Shown here: positions 9,567 through 19,354 of the stretch, piece by piece | Position numbering within the stretch: the stretch's first letter is position 1 | Layout: each line of letters opens with the position of its first letter | From: Candidatus Micrarchaeota archaeon | Lineage (GTDB): Archaea > Iainarchaeota > Iainarchaeia > Iainarchaeales > JAGVWC01 | Length of the DNA: 64,000 nucleotides | Reading direction: 5' to 3' | Assembly: GCA_043803815.1 (NCBI GenBank) | Contig: JAZDJR010000004.1 | Coordinates: 1 to 64,000 of the forward strand | Notes under the pieces: model-generated | Told to the model about the DNA's origin: nothing | Database searches by the model: none | The model's input: only the letters and a program-made list of their open reading frames with translations | Made by a program: the position numbers and the translations under genes

Positions 9567-9859
9567 TGGGGCGTTTCGCCCAAAAAGTCAAAAAAGATTA
9601 TTCGGACGCCAAAATTTATTTGTTCGGCTCGCGCGCAGGAAAAGATTTTTTGAAAACTTCGGATTTTGACGTTTTGATTGTCAGCCAATTGTTCGAACAA
9701 AAACCGTTTTTCAGGCGCGCCAGCAAAATGTACGATTACTGGGACAATCCCAGCCTGCTCGAAGCGTTCTGTTACACACCCGCAGAACTGGAAGCCAAAA
9801 AAAACCAAATCGGCTTCGTACAAAACGCGCTCAAAACAAGCGTCAAAATCCAGGCATAA
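9539..9859 (+). CDS. Minimal nucleotidyltransferase (MNT) antitoxin
   Basis: LFGSRAG.....SDFDVLIVS; YTPAE. Confidence 0.88.
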   Translation: MVQNQNLKIMGRFAQKVKKDYSDAKIYLFGSRAGKDFLKTSDFDVLIVSQLFEQKPFFRRASKMYDYWDNPSLLEAFCYTPAELEAKKNQIGFVQNALKTSVKIQA

Positions 9860-9900
9860 ACCGAAAACAGCCCGCGAAAGCGGCGGGGAAGCGGATAGTT
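9860..9900 (+). repeat. Junction motif copy 2
   Basis: accgaaaaCAGC-ccgcGAAAgcgg-CG-gggaag-CGGAT-agtt, immediately after the MNT stop. Confidence 0.75.
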
Positions 9901-9940
9901 AATTAACCGAAAAAAATCGGAAAACCAAACTGCTGTTGAA

Positions 9941-11089
9941 TCAGTTTTCTTTTTCGCCGAGCAATAGTTTTCGGGCCCATTCAGGAAGCGAATTGTTTTT
10001 GTCATGCTCTTGGAGCAGACGCCGACCCAGGCCGGTTAATTCGGAATTGATAACCATGCTTGTGCCCCGGGCGTAAACGCCGTTTTTGAGGTTCTTTTGC
10101 TTGGCGGTTGTCACCAACTCCGCTTTAGCTAACTCTTCTAATGCAAGCATGACGGCGTTACGACCAAATGCGGCTTTCGGATTTCCAAACCTCCGTCCGT
10201 AGCTATCCGATCTCGTTTTATATAATTCGGCAGCCGATTTGGGGCCATGAGTAAGTCTTCGTAAAATGTCGAATTGTGTGTTTGGATAATCCACAGCGGG
10301 ATTGGAGTGTGCCGCATGGCACCATATTGAAAACGATTTTTCAAGAGAAGCCTGGGGCATTTTTTTAACAAGACCAGCAGTTTCTAATAATTGCAAACCG
10401 CCGTTTAACAAAATTTGGTTTTTTCTGTTCCATTCGAGTCCAAGTTGTTGGCACAATACGTTGGCATCAATTGCCTGGTTTTTTGACTGAAATAGTTTTT
10501 TTTCTACACCAACTAGCAGGCTTTGTCCTGAAGGTAACCTGAGCTGAATTGCTTGTCGAAGTGTGCTGACATTTCCTTCCCAAGTGACTTTCGTTCGGTG
10601 TCTTTGGTATAATGTGGACATTGTTTTGGCTTGTTGGTTTAACTCTGCAGAGTCCAAGCCGTTTTTTAGGGCAGTCAAGGCTAGAACCTGGAAGACATTT
10701 GGATCCCGCCCGCCTAACGCGGCCCGAAGTGCAACACTGATCCGTAAGGTTCGCGCCTTGGCTAACAATGAAACCAGTTTTTTAGAACCAAACTCAGTTC
10801 CCCAACGCTCTTGGATTTCTTGTTGGATTTGCCGCAATTCTTTTTTTTCAAACCCCGTTCTTGGAACCGAACCGATTTGCTGCATCTTAATATTCCTTCC
10901 AAATCGCGCCCGCCGAACGACCAAGGTTGCCAATCGATCATCCGGTCGCATTAACCGGACAAAACCTGGTTTTGGAACATCTTTTCCTTTTCGCCAGTCC
11001 CTTAATTGCCAGTGTTCAGCCTGCGATAAGGGGCGAGTCGGAACCCATTTTCGCTTGACTCTGCCAACAATCGGCCTTGTCGAAACCAT
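9941..11089 (-). CDS. Hypothetical protein, possible tandem winged-helix C-terminal half
   Basis: 382 aa; LQLLETAGLVKK and ALEELAKAELV...LTGLGR resemble wHTH; R/K/P-rich N-terminus. Confidence 0.6.
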   Translation of the reverse strand: MVSTRPIVGRVKRKWVPTRPLSQAEHWQLRDWRKGKDVPKPGFVRLMRPDDRLATLVVRRARFGRNIKMQQIGSVPRTGFEKKELRQIQQEIQERWGTEFGSKKLVSLLAKARTLRISVALRAALGGRDPNVFQVLALTALKNGLDSAELNQQAKTMSTLYQRHRTKVTWEGNVSTLRQAIQLRLPSGQSLLVGVEKKLFQSKNQAIDANVLCQQLGLEWNRKNQILLNGGLQLLETAGLVKKMPQASLEKSFSIWCHAAHSNPAVDYPNTQFDILRRLTHGPKSAAELYKTRSDSYGRRFGNPKAAFGRNAVMLALEELAKAELVTTAKQKNLKNGVYARGTSMVINSELTGLGRRLLQEHDKNNSLPEWARKLLLGEKEN

Positions 11090-11173
11090 ACAAACAGAAA
11101 TAACGCCTTTCCGGTTATTTTACCCTTTGCTTTTCCAAATTCCACCAAAACAATAGAACAAATCTACAAAGCC

Positions 11174-11210
11174 AAACCATCCGTCTCGTCGGCCTGCGGC
11201 GCTGAACTTC
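11174..11210 (-). repeat. Junction motif copy 3
   Basis: Minus strand CAGC-gccGCAggc-CG-acgaga-CGGAT-ggtt, just after the PHP gene stop. Confidence 0.75.
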
Positions 11211-11213
11211 GTT

Positions 11214-11912
11214 TTACTTCGGCCAAACTCTGCCCGCAACCGAAACCACCCATTGCCAAGGCGGAAAAGCGGTTTTACTTGGCACAACGGTTCCTTTTTT
11301 CTTAAGAATTGCTTTTCGAAGCTCTTCTTCGCAAGCCGCTTCGCACTCAAAACCCGTTTTTCGGATTTCGGAAAGCAAGTGGCTGTCGCTACCCGCGGTA
11401 AAAGGAAACTTTTTTTGCTTTGCAAAATCAGCGGACCGCTCATTGTATTTTTTTTTGTAGGAACGGCCGTTAAACGCCTCGATTGCATCGAATTTTTTGA
11501 ATTCTTTTTCCAAATCCTTTGCAAACGGGTTTCGCCAAACATCAAACGGATGCGCAATCGAAGTCAATGCGTCCTGCTTTTTTGCGGAGTCCAGGATTTC
11601 TTCCAAAGGGCCGGGAGAAATTTTTTCGCTTAAAAAATAGCACAAAATTTCACCTTGGCAGGATTTGTTCTCGATTATTTTGACTTCTTCGCCAAAAATA
11701 ATAAGAAAATCTGGGTTTTGGGAACTCTTTGAATTTTTAGTATTCAATTCTTTTTTTATTTTTTTGAATTCTTCAAAAGAAGCAGCCGAATTGTGGTCGG
11801 TAATTGCAAAGCCCGACAAACCGACTTTTCGGGCTTTTAAAACGATTTTTTTCGGGGAAGAAAACCCGTCAGCAGAGTATTTGGAGTGCAAATGCAGGTC
11901 AAAAACGCCCAT
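11214..11912 (-). CDS. PHP-domain phosphoesterase
   Basis: DLHLHS.YS.DG, AITDHN, AHP and GSDSH motifs. Confidence 0.92.
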   Translation of the reverse strand: MGVFDLHLHSKYSADGFSSPKKIVLKARKVGLSGFAITDHNSAASFEEFKKIKKELNTKNSKSSQNPDFLIIFGEEVKIIENKSCQGEILCYFLSEKISPGPLEEILDSAKKQDALTSIAHPFDVWRNPFAKDLEKEFKKFDAIEAFNGRSYKKKYNERSADFAKQKKFPFTAGSDSHLLSEIRKTGFECEAACEEELRKAILKKKGTVVPSKTAFPPWQWVVSVAGRVWPK

Positions 11913-11969
11913 AATACCCTTTAAGAAGCAACCTCTTTTTTATGGATTCGGCTGTCCAATCGCTATAGT

Positions 11970-12617
11970 ATGCTGGGAAACAAGTTCCGCTCCAAGGTCA
12001 AAAAAACGCTTTTGGCGGTAACCAAGCCGTTGGCTCTCCTGCCCATAACACCGAATCAATTCACGTTTTTGTCCATTCCGCTGGCTGCTATTGCCGCGTA
12101 TTTTATCGCGGCTGGCCAGTTCGGCATTTCCATTTTTTTTGTCGTATTGTCGATTTTGATTGATGTTTTGGACGGAAGCTTTGCCGAAAACAAAAAGCAA
12201 AAAACCAATTTCGGGAATTACTGGGACGCGGTCGTCGACAAAGTCGTTGAAAGCATTTTGTACGTCGGATTCGTTTTTATCAGCCCGCTTGCCGCGATTC
12301 TGGCTTTGGCAGGAACCATGCTGGAAGGATTCGCCAAGCCGCGCGTGGGGCTCGTCATTATCACCGACAACCACGACTGGCCGGCCATCGGCGAACGAAG
12401 CGACCGCTTATTGATTTTAACCGTCGGATTGGTGCTTGCGGTTTTGCTTCCGGTTTACCAATCCCAAATCATTCCGCTTGTTTTATGGCTGGTGTTTTTG
12501 GTTACCGCAGTCGGTTTTATCCAGCGCGTGCATTATGCAAAAGGGCTTATTGAAAAAGCCGAAAAGGAAAAAACCTTATTGCCGTATTTACAAGCCAACG
12601 CCAAAAAACGAAAGTAG
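11970..12617 (+). CDS. CDP-alcohol phosphatidyltransferase family
   Basis: TPN..T and D..DG..A......T.FG...D...DK signature. Confidence 0.9.
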   Translation: MLGNKFRSKVKKTLLAVTKPLALLPITPNQFTFLSIPLAAIAAYFIAAGQFGISIFFVVLSILIDVLDGSFAENKKQKTNFGNYWDAVVDKVVESILYVGFVFISPLAAILALAGTMLEGFAKPRVGLVIITDNHDWPAIGERSDRLLILTVGLVLAVLLPVYQSQIIPLVLWLVFLVTAVGFIQRVHYAKGLIEKAEKEKTLLPYLQANAKKRK

Positions 12618-13091
12618 CATTTTGATTCCAGCGGTTGCGGCAACCAAAATTATAAAATAGCGCACGGATTTTCCCGCAAACGTCGCCAGGTAAAACTTTA
12701 ACGGGTTCATCTTGGCAAGGCCCGCGGCAATTCCAACCAAATCAAACGGAATCGGCAAAAGCAAAAGCAAAAAAACCCCGATGGGTCCGTGCTTGTCCAC
12801 TTTTTCCTTGAGCTTGTCAAACAAGGAAACTTCGGTTTTTTTTATTTTTTGGGCCAAGCCGACTCCTGCACGGCCGACTAAGTAACCCGTCATTTCTCCG
12901 ATTGCCGCGCCAAGCCCCGCGACTACGGCAATAATTATCAGGTTTCCTTTGGTTGCAAAAGCAAATCCGACCAAAATGACTTCCAATGGAACCCCGACAA
13001 ACAAGGTGGCGTTTTCTAATATCGCGACTGCAAAAAGGCCAAGCAGTCCAAAACTGACTAGTAAAGCCGAAATGTTTTCAAAAATAACCAT
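12588..13091 (-). CDS. DedA/VTT-domain membrane protein
   Basis: GAAIGE.TGY.VGR, PIPFD.VG.AAG and GK..RY motifs. Confidence 0.85.
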   Translation of the reverse strand: MVIFENISALLVSFGLLGLFAVAILENATLFVGVPLEVILVGFAFATKGNLIIIAVVAGLGAAIGEMTGYLVGRAGVGLAQKIKKTEVSLFDKLKEKVDKHGPIGVFLLLLLPIPFDLVGIAAGLAKMNPLKFYLATFAGKSVRYFIILVAATAGIKMLLSFFGVGL

Positions 13092-13163
13092 TGTCCAAAC
13101 CTATTGTTTTAACCTAAAAAAGCTTTTTTAACGCAACGGTGCAAATTGTACATATCAAAATCC

Positions 13164-13255
13164 GGGGCATTAGTCTAACCTGGCAGGATTCAAGATTCGG
13201 GTTCCTTTTTTGGAAGAGCGTTCTTGAGATGAGGGTTCAAATCCCCCATGCCCCA
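13164..13255 (+). tRNA. tRNA-Pro(CGG) with 19-nt intron at 37/38 (13202-13220)
   Basis: Acceptor GGGGCAT/ATGCCCC, anticodon stem CAAGA/TCTTG, loop TT-CGG-G, TTCAAAT T-loop, relaxed BHB. Confidence 0.88.
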
Positions 13256-13282
13256 CAAAAATAAAAAAATTGAGAAGTTTGA

Positions 13283-13927
13283 TTGCATATGACTCGTTTT
13301 TGGCAACTCGTTTGGAACGATAACTCTGCCAAACTGTTGTTAGCGAGCAATCTTTTGATTTTAATATTGGCTCTTCTTCAGAATTGGAACGTTTTAACCG
13401 TAATTTGGGGTTTCTGGCTCCAAAGCATCATAATCGGTTTTTTTGGATTGCTACAGATTCTATTTATTGGCTTAAAAACCAATCAAAAAACGAAAATAGC
13501 TTTGACGGGAAAAAAAGATATCATAGTTAGTTATCTTATATTGGCGGGACTTTTTACTTTGGCCTATGGCACAATCCATCTTGTCTATGCCGCCTACTTT
13601 GGTATAATAGCTGTAACACACACCAGCACAGTTCCAAATTGGGTGAATGTTGCGCTCATTGGAACCGTCTTTTTTTTCAATCACGCTTTTTCATTCTGGA
13701 TTCATGTTATCAAAAACCCAAAAAGTCTGAAAAAAGATTTGGGAAAAGTCGGATTGACGCCTTTCAAGCGCGTTTTGCCATTGCATTTCATAATTATTTT
13801 TGGCAGTTTTGCATTGGTTGCCGGAGCCCAAGGCGAACAAATGTTGTTAATCGGCTTTATGGTTATCAAAACATTGGCTGACCTTCGCATGCACATTTCA
13901 AGACATCATAAGATGGATTTTGCATGA
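13283..13927 (+). CDS. Multi-pass membrane protein (DUF6498-like)
   Basis: W......W.QS.IIGF, PF.R..PLH..IIFG and IKT.ADL..H motifs. Confidence 0.7.
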   Translation: MHMTRFWQLVWNDNSAKLLLASNLLILILALLQNWNVLTVIWGFWLQSIIIGFFGLLQILFIGLKTNQKTKIALTGKKDIIVSYLILAGLFTLAYGTIHLVYAAYFGIIAVTHTSTVPNWVNVALIGTVFFFNHAFSFWIHVIKNPKSLKKDLGKVGLTPFKRVLPLHFIIIFGSFALVAGAQGEQMLLIGFMVIKTLADLRMHISRHHKMDFA

Positions 13928-14469
13928 AACGGATTTTGTTGGTTCACGGCTGGGGAGGAACCCATCCCAAGCATTGGCAGGCTTGGCTTCAAAAAGAACT
14001 GGAAAAAAGCGGCCACGAGGTTTTTTTTCCCTTGCTTCCAAAAGCGGACGACCCAATCGAAACCGACTGGGTAAACGAAATCCTAAAACTGCCCGTAAAA
14101 TGGGACTCAAATACGATTCTGGTGGGCCATAGCCTTGGCGTTCCCACAATCCTGCGGTGCCTGGAAAAATTAAAACCAAGCCAAAAAATCGGCGAGGCGA
14201 TTTTGGTTGCGGGTTTTTGCCGCGACTTGAAAATCCCCGAAATCGCGAATTTTGTAAATCATCCGTTTGACTGGAACAAAATCAAAAAGCAGTGCGCAAA
14301 ATTCGTCGCGATTATTTCCGACAACGACCCGTACGTTCCGCTTTACCAAAGCATGTTTGTCTGCGAAAGGCTTGGAATCGTCCCAATTATCGAAAAAAAT
14401 GGCGGACATATTACAGCACCGCAATTCGGCCCTTATCCGAAACTGCTGGAACTGATTCTTACAGAATAA
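13924..14469 (+). CDS. RBBP9/YdeN alpha/beta hydrolase
   Basis: VHGW.G....HW, GHSLG, SDNDPYVP and GGH motifs. Confidence 0.9.
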   Translation: MKRILLVHGWGGTHPKHWQAWLQKELEKSGHEVFFPLLPKADDPIETDWVNEILKLPVKWDSNTILVGHSLGVPTILRCLEKLKPSQKIGEAILVAGFCRDLKIPEIANFVNHPFDWNKIKKQCAKFVAIISDNDPYVPLYQSMFVCERLGIVPIIEKNGGHITAPQFGPYPKLLELILTE

Positions 14470-15490
14470 CCGGTTTTTCAAGTGCGATTTTGAGCAGTTT
14501 GATGCAGTTTTCAATGTCCTGCAGATGGCAAATGCCGACGGTTGTATGAAGGTTTCGCACGGCTACGCCGACCATGCTGGTCGGCACGCCTTCTTTTGAA
14601 AACGCGATTGAAAGTGCGTCCGTTGTTCCCGTGGAACTGACTTCGGGTTGCAATGGAATCCGATTTTTTTTCGCGACTTTTGAAAGCCACTCGTTCAAAG
14701 GCCTGCTTCCGAGCATTTCGGTATCCATGATGGTCAACGTGGGGCCGCTTCCCAAAAATTTGGTTGCGTTCTCGTTTTTGGCATCGTGCGCGTTGGAAAC
14801 ATCGACCACAATGCTCCAGTCTGGATTGATGTGGTACACGCTGGTTTTTGCGCCGTACAAACCGATTTCTTCCTGAACCGTAAACACGTAGGTAATTTCG
14901 GTTTTGCTTTTTTTGAGCTGACGCGCAAGTTCAAGCAAAATAAAGCATCCGAGGCGGTCATCCAAGGCTTTTCCGCACACGATTTCCTTTGAACCCAAAA
15001 AGCCGTTTTGCTGCAAAAGCGCAATCGGAGAACCCACCATCACGCCGTTTTTGCTTAATTCCCTTTTCTTGAGCCCCGTGTCGATAAACAAGTCGTGCAA
15101 GTCCATTTTTTCGTCGATTTCGATTTCCCAGTCGTTCGAGATTTTTTTCGTGGAAATCACGCCGTTAACGGGTTTTTTTCCCATAATTTTGACGCGCTGG
15201 CCTACCAAAGAGCTTGGATTTAATCCTCCGACTTCGGCCAAACCGATTAAACCGTCTTCGGTAATGCCTTTGACCATCAAGCCGACTTCGTCCATGTGCG
15301 CGGCAAGCATGACATGCGGTTTTTTCCCGCTTTTGACGCAAATCAAATTGCCCATTTTGTCTACCCGCATGGAATCCACATATGGCTTGATTTCCTTTTG
15401 AATCAGGTTGCGGACCAGTTCCTCGCTTCCGCTGATGCCTTCAACGCCGAGTAGCTTGAACAATAAATCCGGATTCATTTTTGCAGACAA
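14459..15490 (-). CDS. M42 family (TET) aminopeptidase
   Basis: AAHMDEVG, KALDDR.G, QEEIG and GTTDA motifs. Confidence 0.93.
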   Translation of the reverse strand: MSAKMNPDLLFKLLGVEGISGSEELVRNLIQKEIKPYVDSMRVDKMGNLICVKSGKKPHVMLAAHMDEVGLMVKGITEDGLIGLAEVGGLNPSSLVGQRVKIMGKKPVNGVISTKKISNDWEIEIDEKMDLHDLFIDTGLKKRELSKNGVMVGSPIALLQQNGFLGSKEIVCGKALDDRLGCFILLELARQLKKSKTEITYVFTVQEEIGLYGAKTSVYHINPDWSIVVDVSNAHDAKNENATKFLGSGPTLTIMDTEMLGSRPLNEWLSKVAKKNRIPLQPEVSSTGTTDALSIAFSKEGVPTSMVGVAVRNLHTTVGICHLQDIENCIKLLKIALEKPVIL

Positions 15491-15608
15491 AAAAGTGCCC
15501 TACTAAACAAAGCGATTCGAGTATTAAAAATTTTCTACCCCAAAAAAACCCGAAACGTATTTATTCGGGTTGCTATACCAACATTGAATTCTTTTTCAGG
15601 CGAATTGT

Positions 15609-17309
15609 ATGATGTCCCTAAATTCCAATCGAAACGGCTCCATTGATACCCCAAAAACCCGCTATATCTGCGTCACGGGAGGCGTAATTTCAGGCCTTGG
15701 CAAAGGAGTAGTCGCTTCCGCAATCGGAAGAATCCTCAAAAGCAGGGGTTATACCGTAACCGGAGTCAAAATCGACCCTTACATCAACATGGACGCGGGA
15801 ACCATGCGCCCAACAGAACACGGCGAAGTCTTTGTAACCTATGACGGCGGGGAAACCGATCAGGACCTGGGCAATTACGAACGGTTCTTGGACGAAGAGC
15901 TCTCGCGCAACAACAGCATCACAACAGGACAGGTCTACGCCAAAGTAATTGCCGACGAACGCGACCTCAAATACGAAGGAAAATGCGTTGAAGTCATTCC
16001 CCACATTCCGATGGAAGTGCAAAGCCGAATCGAAAAATGCGCAAAAGAAAAAAACGCGGACTTTGTCATTATCGAAGTCGGCGGAACAATCGGCGACTAC
16101 CAAAACGTGCTATTTATCGAAGCGCTCAAAAAAATGTACCTCGAAGGAAAACCCGTCGTGTTTGTCCACCTCGTTTACCTATTGGTTCCTCACAACCTCG
16201 GAGAAATGAAAACCAAGCCCGCCCAGCACTCCGTGCGCCAACTAAACGAATTGGGAATTTTTCCCGATTTTGTGATTTGCAGAAGCGAAAAACCGATGGA
16301 CGAGGTGCGAAAACAAAAAATTTCCCTGTTCTGCAATGTCAGGCAGGACGAAATCATTTCCGCGCACGATTTGGAAACGATTTACGAAGAACCGTTATTG
16401 TTCGAGGAACAGGGACTGGGAGACAAAATCCTTGCCAAATTCGAAATCAAAAACCCGCCCAAGTCGCAATTGGAAGACTGGAAAAAAATGGTGCACCAAA
16501 TCAAGGCTGCGGAACGCACGGTAAACATCGGAATAGTCGGAAAATACTTCGACAGCGGAAACTTCACGCTCGAAGACAGCTACGTTTCCGTAATCGAAGC
16601 AATCAAACACGCGGCCTTTCGCGAAAACCACAAGCCCAAAATCCACTGGATAGACGCAAAGCAATTCGAACCAAAAACCGCGGCACTAGAAACGCTTTCG
16701 CACTTTGACGGAATCATCGTTCCCGGCGGATTCGGTGCAAGCGGTGTAGAAGGAAAAATAAACGCAATCGAGTACTGCCGCGAAAACAAAATTCCCTATT
16801 TGGGATTATGCTACGGCATGCAACTCGCGGTTGTGGAATACGGCCGCCACGTCGCGGGAATGTCTGACGCGCACAGCACGGAAATCAACCCGAATACGAC
16901 CTATCCGGTTATCGACATTTTGCCCGAACAGCGAAAACTAATCGAGCAAAACAAATACGGCAACACCATGCGCCTCGGAAATTATACCGCGAATCTCAAA
17001 AAAGGAACCCTTGTTCACAAATTGTACGGACAGGACAAAATCGTCGAGCGCCACCGCCACCGCTTCGAAGTCAACCGGTTTTACGAAGATGCACTCGAAA
17101 AAGCGGGCCTTGTGATTTCAGGCAAAAACACCGAAGCGGACCTCGTCGAATTCATCGAACTAGCCAACCACCCGTTTTTTGTTGGAACCCAAAGCCACCC
17201 CGAATTCAAAAGCCGACCGCTTTCACCCCACCCGTTATTTTTGGGATTTGTCAAAGCCGCAATCGAAAAACAGCACGAAACCGCAAACCAAAAATCGGCC
17301 TTGCGATAA
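15609..17309 (+). CDS. pyrG: CTP synthase
   Basis: GGVISGLGKG, KIDPY.N.DAGTM, KTKP.QHSV, CYGMQ and HPEF motifs. Confidence 0.98.
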   Translation: MMSLNSNRNGSIDTPKTRYICVTGGVISGLGKGVVASAIGRILKSRGYTVTGVKIDPYINMDAGTMRPTEHGEVFVTYDGGETDQDLGNYERFLDEELSRNNSITTGQVYAKVIADERDLKYEGKCVEVIPHIPMEVQSRIEKCAKEKNADFVIIEVGGTIGDYQNVLFIEALKKMYLEGKPVVFVHLVYLLVPHNLGEMKTKPAQHSVRQLNELGIFPDFVICRSEKPMDEVRKQKISLFCNVRQDEIISAHDLETIYEEPLLFEEQGLGDKILAKFEIKNPPKSQLEDWKKMVHQIKAAERTVNIGIVGKYFDSGNFTLEDSYVSVIEAIKHAAFRENHKPKIHWIDAKQFEPKTAALETLSHFDGIIVPGGFGASGVEGKINAIEYCRENKIPYLGLCYGMQLAVVEYGRHVAGMSDAHSTEINPNTTYPVIDILPEQRKLIEQNKYGNTMRLGNYTANLKKGTLVHKLYGQDKIVERHRHRFEVNRFYEDALEKAGLVISGKNTEADLVEFIELANHPFFVGTQSHPEFKSRPLSPHPLFLGFVKAAIEKQHETANQKSALR

Positions 17310-17363
17310 ACCGCCAAAAAAAATCCGATTCTAATTCAAGCGAATTGCAACGTCGAAAAATAT

Positions 17364-17408
17364 ACCCAAACCAGCGCCGAAGGCCGGCACCGCGGATGGC
17401 TCAAAATC
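17364..17408 (+). repeat. Junction motif copy 4
   Basis: acccaaacCAGC-gccGAAggc-CG-gcaccg-CGGAT-ggctcaaaatc, between pyrG and the MNT-HEPN module. Confidence 0.8.
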
Positions 17409-17471
17409 GCACATACCCTTCGTTTGCTTGTTCGTTATAAATAAATAGGGCTTTTGGCAGTATATTATCAC

Positions 17472-17786
17472 ATGGTCGCCAAAGCAAAAACAATGCTGTC
17501 CCCGAACAAAATAGTGGCAATTTTGCAGGAACATCAGCGCGAGCTTTCGCAATTCGGAGTCAAAAAAATCGGATTGTTCGGCTCTTTTTTAACCCGAAAA
17601 GCGACTTTTAAAAGCGACCTGGATTTTTTGGTTTCGTTTGACAACCCTACATATGACAATTTCATGGAAACCAAGTTTTTACTGGAAAAAATATTCGGCC
17701 GAAAAGTGGATTTGGTAATGGAAACCGCATTAAAACCAGACTTGCGGTATGTCAAAAAGGAAGCATTGTATGCCAAAGCAGTTTAA
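17472..17786 (+). CDS. MNT antitoxin (MntA-like)
   Basis: GLFGSF......SDLDFLV and GRKVDLV motifs. Confidence 0.9.
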   Translation: MVAKAKTMLSPNKIVAILQEHQRELSQFGVKKIGLFGSFLTRKATFKSDLDFLVSFDNPTYDNFMETKFLLEKIFGRKVDLVMETALKPDLRYVKKEALYAKAV

Positions 17787-18110
17787 CGTCTACTTTTCCG
17801 ACGTATTGGATTCCTGCGAAAAAATCCAGCGCTACACCCAAAATGTTTCATTCGATGAATTCTCCAAAAATTCGCTGATATCCGATGCCGTGATTCGAAA
17901 TTTGGAAATTATCGGCGAAGCCGTCAAAAAAATCCCAAACGAAACCAAACACGCACCCCGGAAGTCGAATGGAAAAAAATCGCGGGACTGCGCGACATTC
18001 TGATTCACGCGTACGCCGGAATCGACCAAAAAATCGTTTGGGACATCGTCCAAAACAAAATTCCGCAACTCAAAACCGCGATTCGACAAATCAAAAAAGA
18101 ACACGAATAA
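17770..18110 (+). pseudogene. HEPN/DUF86 toxin, frameshifted near 17950-17960
   Basis: DAVIRNLEIIGEAVK in one frame; PEVEWKKIAGLRDILIHAY (Rx4H motif) continues in the -1 frame. Confidence 0.82.
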
Positions 18111-18118
18111 AACAGCCG

Positions 18119-18145
18119 GTCCTCGTCAAACGCCGCTTCAAACAT
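18119..18145 (-). pseudogene. Possible RelE N-terminal stub (MFEAAFDED)
   Basis: Starts 6 nt after the antitoxin stop and runs into the convergent HEPN gene. Confidence 0.4.
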
Positions 18146-18151
18146 TACAAT

Positions 18152-18394
18152 TCATTTGAGATGTTTGGCGTAAGAACCCAAAGCTTTTTCGACAGTCAAC
18201 GATTTACGTTTTCCCTGCCGAATCGAATCATCTATCCTGTCCAGTTTGCGGTTAACCAGTTCTACTTCGCTTAAATGCTCTTTTTTAAAGTTAAACAACG
18301 CCAATCGAATCGCTTCGGACTGCGTACTGGCATACCCTTTTTCGACCATGGTCTGGGCAATCGCCTTGGTTTTTCCCCTCAAATTGACGTTCAT
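18152..18394 (-). CDS. Ribbon-helix-helix antitoxin (CopG/ParD-like), orphan
   Basis: MNVNL......MVEKGYASTQSEAIRLAL. Confidence 0.75.
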   Translation of the reverse strand: MNVNLRGKTKAIAQTMVEKGYASTQSEAIRLALFNFKKEHLSEVELVNRKLDRIDDSIRQGKRKSLTVEKALGSYAKHLK

Positions 18395-18524
18395 GCAAAC
18401 ACCCCGATATAGCCAATATGATTCAATTATGATTTAAAACCGACTTTTTTTGAAGCCAATTCAAAGAAAGCGCGGTTCACCAATAGCCCAAAATATTATT
18501 AATTCCGAAACGAAATATAGTGGC

Positions 18525-19292
18525 ATGAAACCGCGTCCGACAACGAAAAGAAGCGGAGCAAGACGAACGTTATTGACTTCAGGAAAACAAGCCAAACCCG
18601 GCGACCCAAGCGACCATATCCAGGTTTATCGGCGCGTTTATGATGGGGCTCAACGACGCAGGCCCGCAAGCCCTGCAGACCGCCGAGCGCTTCGGGCAGC
18701 TGTTTTATTGAAAGGCGAAAAAGAAAACAAAATAGGTCCAAAAATCGAACATGAAATCCTGTATCTGGGCCGCAGAAAAACCAGTTTTCGGGAACTGCGA
18801 ACTTCAGGAAAAGATTCCGATGTAATGCCTAAACCGAACGACCCGCACTGGACAAACCTCCACTTTTTGCCGGCGTTGGAAAAGCACCAAATCCAGCAGG
18901 CAATGCTGGACAAAGTCAAAGCAAACGCCCTTGCTACAATCCAAAGATGGAAAATGGGCAAACCCCACATGACCGACGAACAGGCATTCAAAAATGCCCT
19001 TAGCCAAAGACACCACGGATTACAAATGCGTTCCGCACCCGAGGAAGCCTGGCCGCCGGGAATAGGGGAAATGGAATTCCAAGGACTGTTTAAAGGACAC
19101 GAATCGACATTTCTAATCGTGTACAACCCTTTGACCGACAAATTTTATTACAGTTCCACACGGCGGGTCGGCCACGCCCAAAGCCATCCCGAACGCTTTG
19201 GAAGAAGGCTTGAAGACTCGCCCCAGCGATTTCCCGAAACCCACTGCGACGTAACATTCAAAATCGAAGAAAGAAGAACAAAACGAAAATAA
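18525..19292 (+). CDS. Hypothetical protein with basic termini
   Basis: Long ORF; likely start MKPRPTTKR downstream of an AT-rich promoter-like stretch. Confidence 0.6.
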   Translation: MKPRPTTKRSGARRTLLTSGKQAKPGDPSDHIQVYRRVYDGAQRRRPASPADRRALRAAVLLKGEKENKIGPKIEHEILYLGRRKTSFRELRTSGKDSDVMPKPNDPHWTNLHFLPALEKHQIQQAMLDKVKANALATIQRWKMGKPHMTDEQAFKNALSQRHHGLQMRSAPEEAWPPGIGEMEFQGLFKGHESTFLIVYNPLTDKFYYSSTRRVGHAQSHPERFGRRLEDSPQRFPETHCDVTFKIEERRTKRK

Positions 19293-19354
19293 AACCAAAT
19301 CAATTTACTTGCCAAAAAACTCTTTTTTTAAACCGAATCTTCTTTTCTATTGCA

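Noticed and set aside
18466-18478. aaagcgcggttc shared with the eno 3' end
   Set aside because: Only about 12 nt, distant and in opposite orientation; likely chance.
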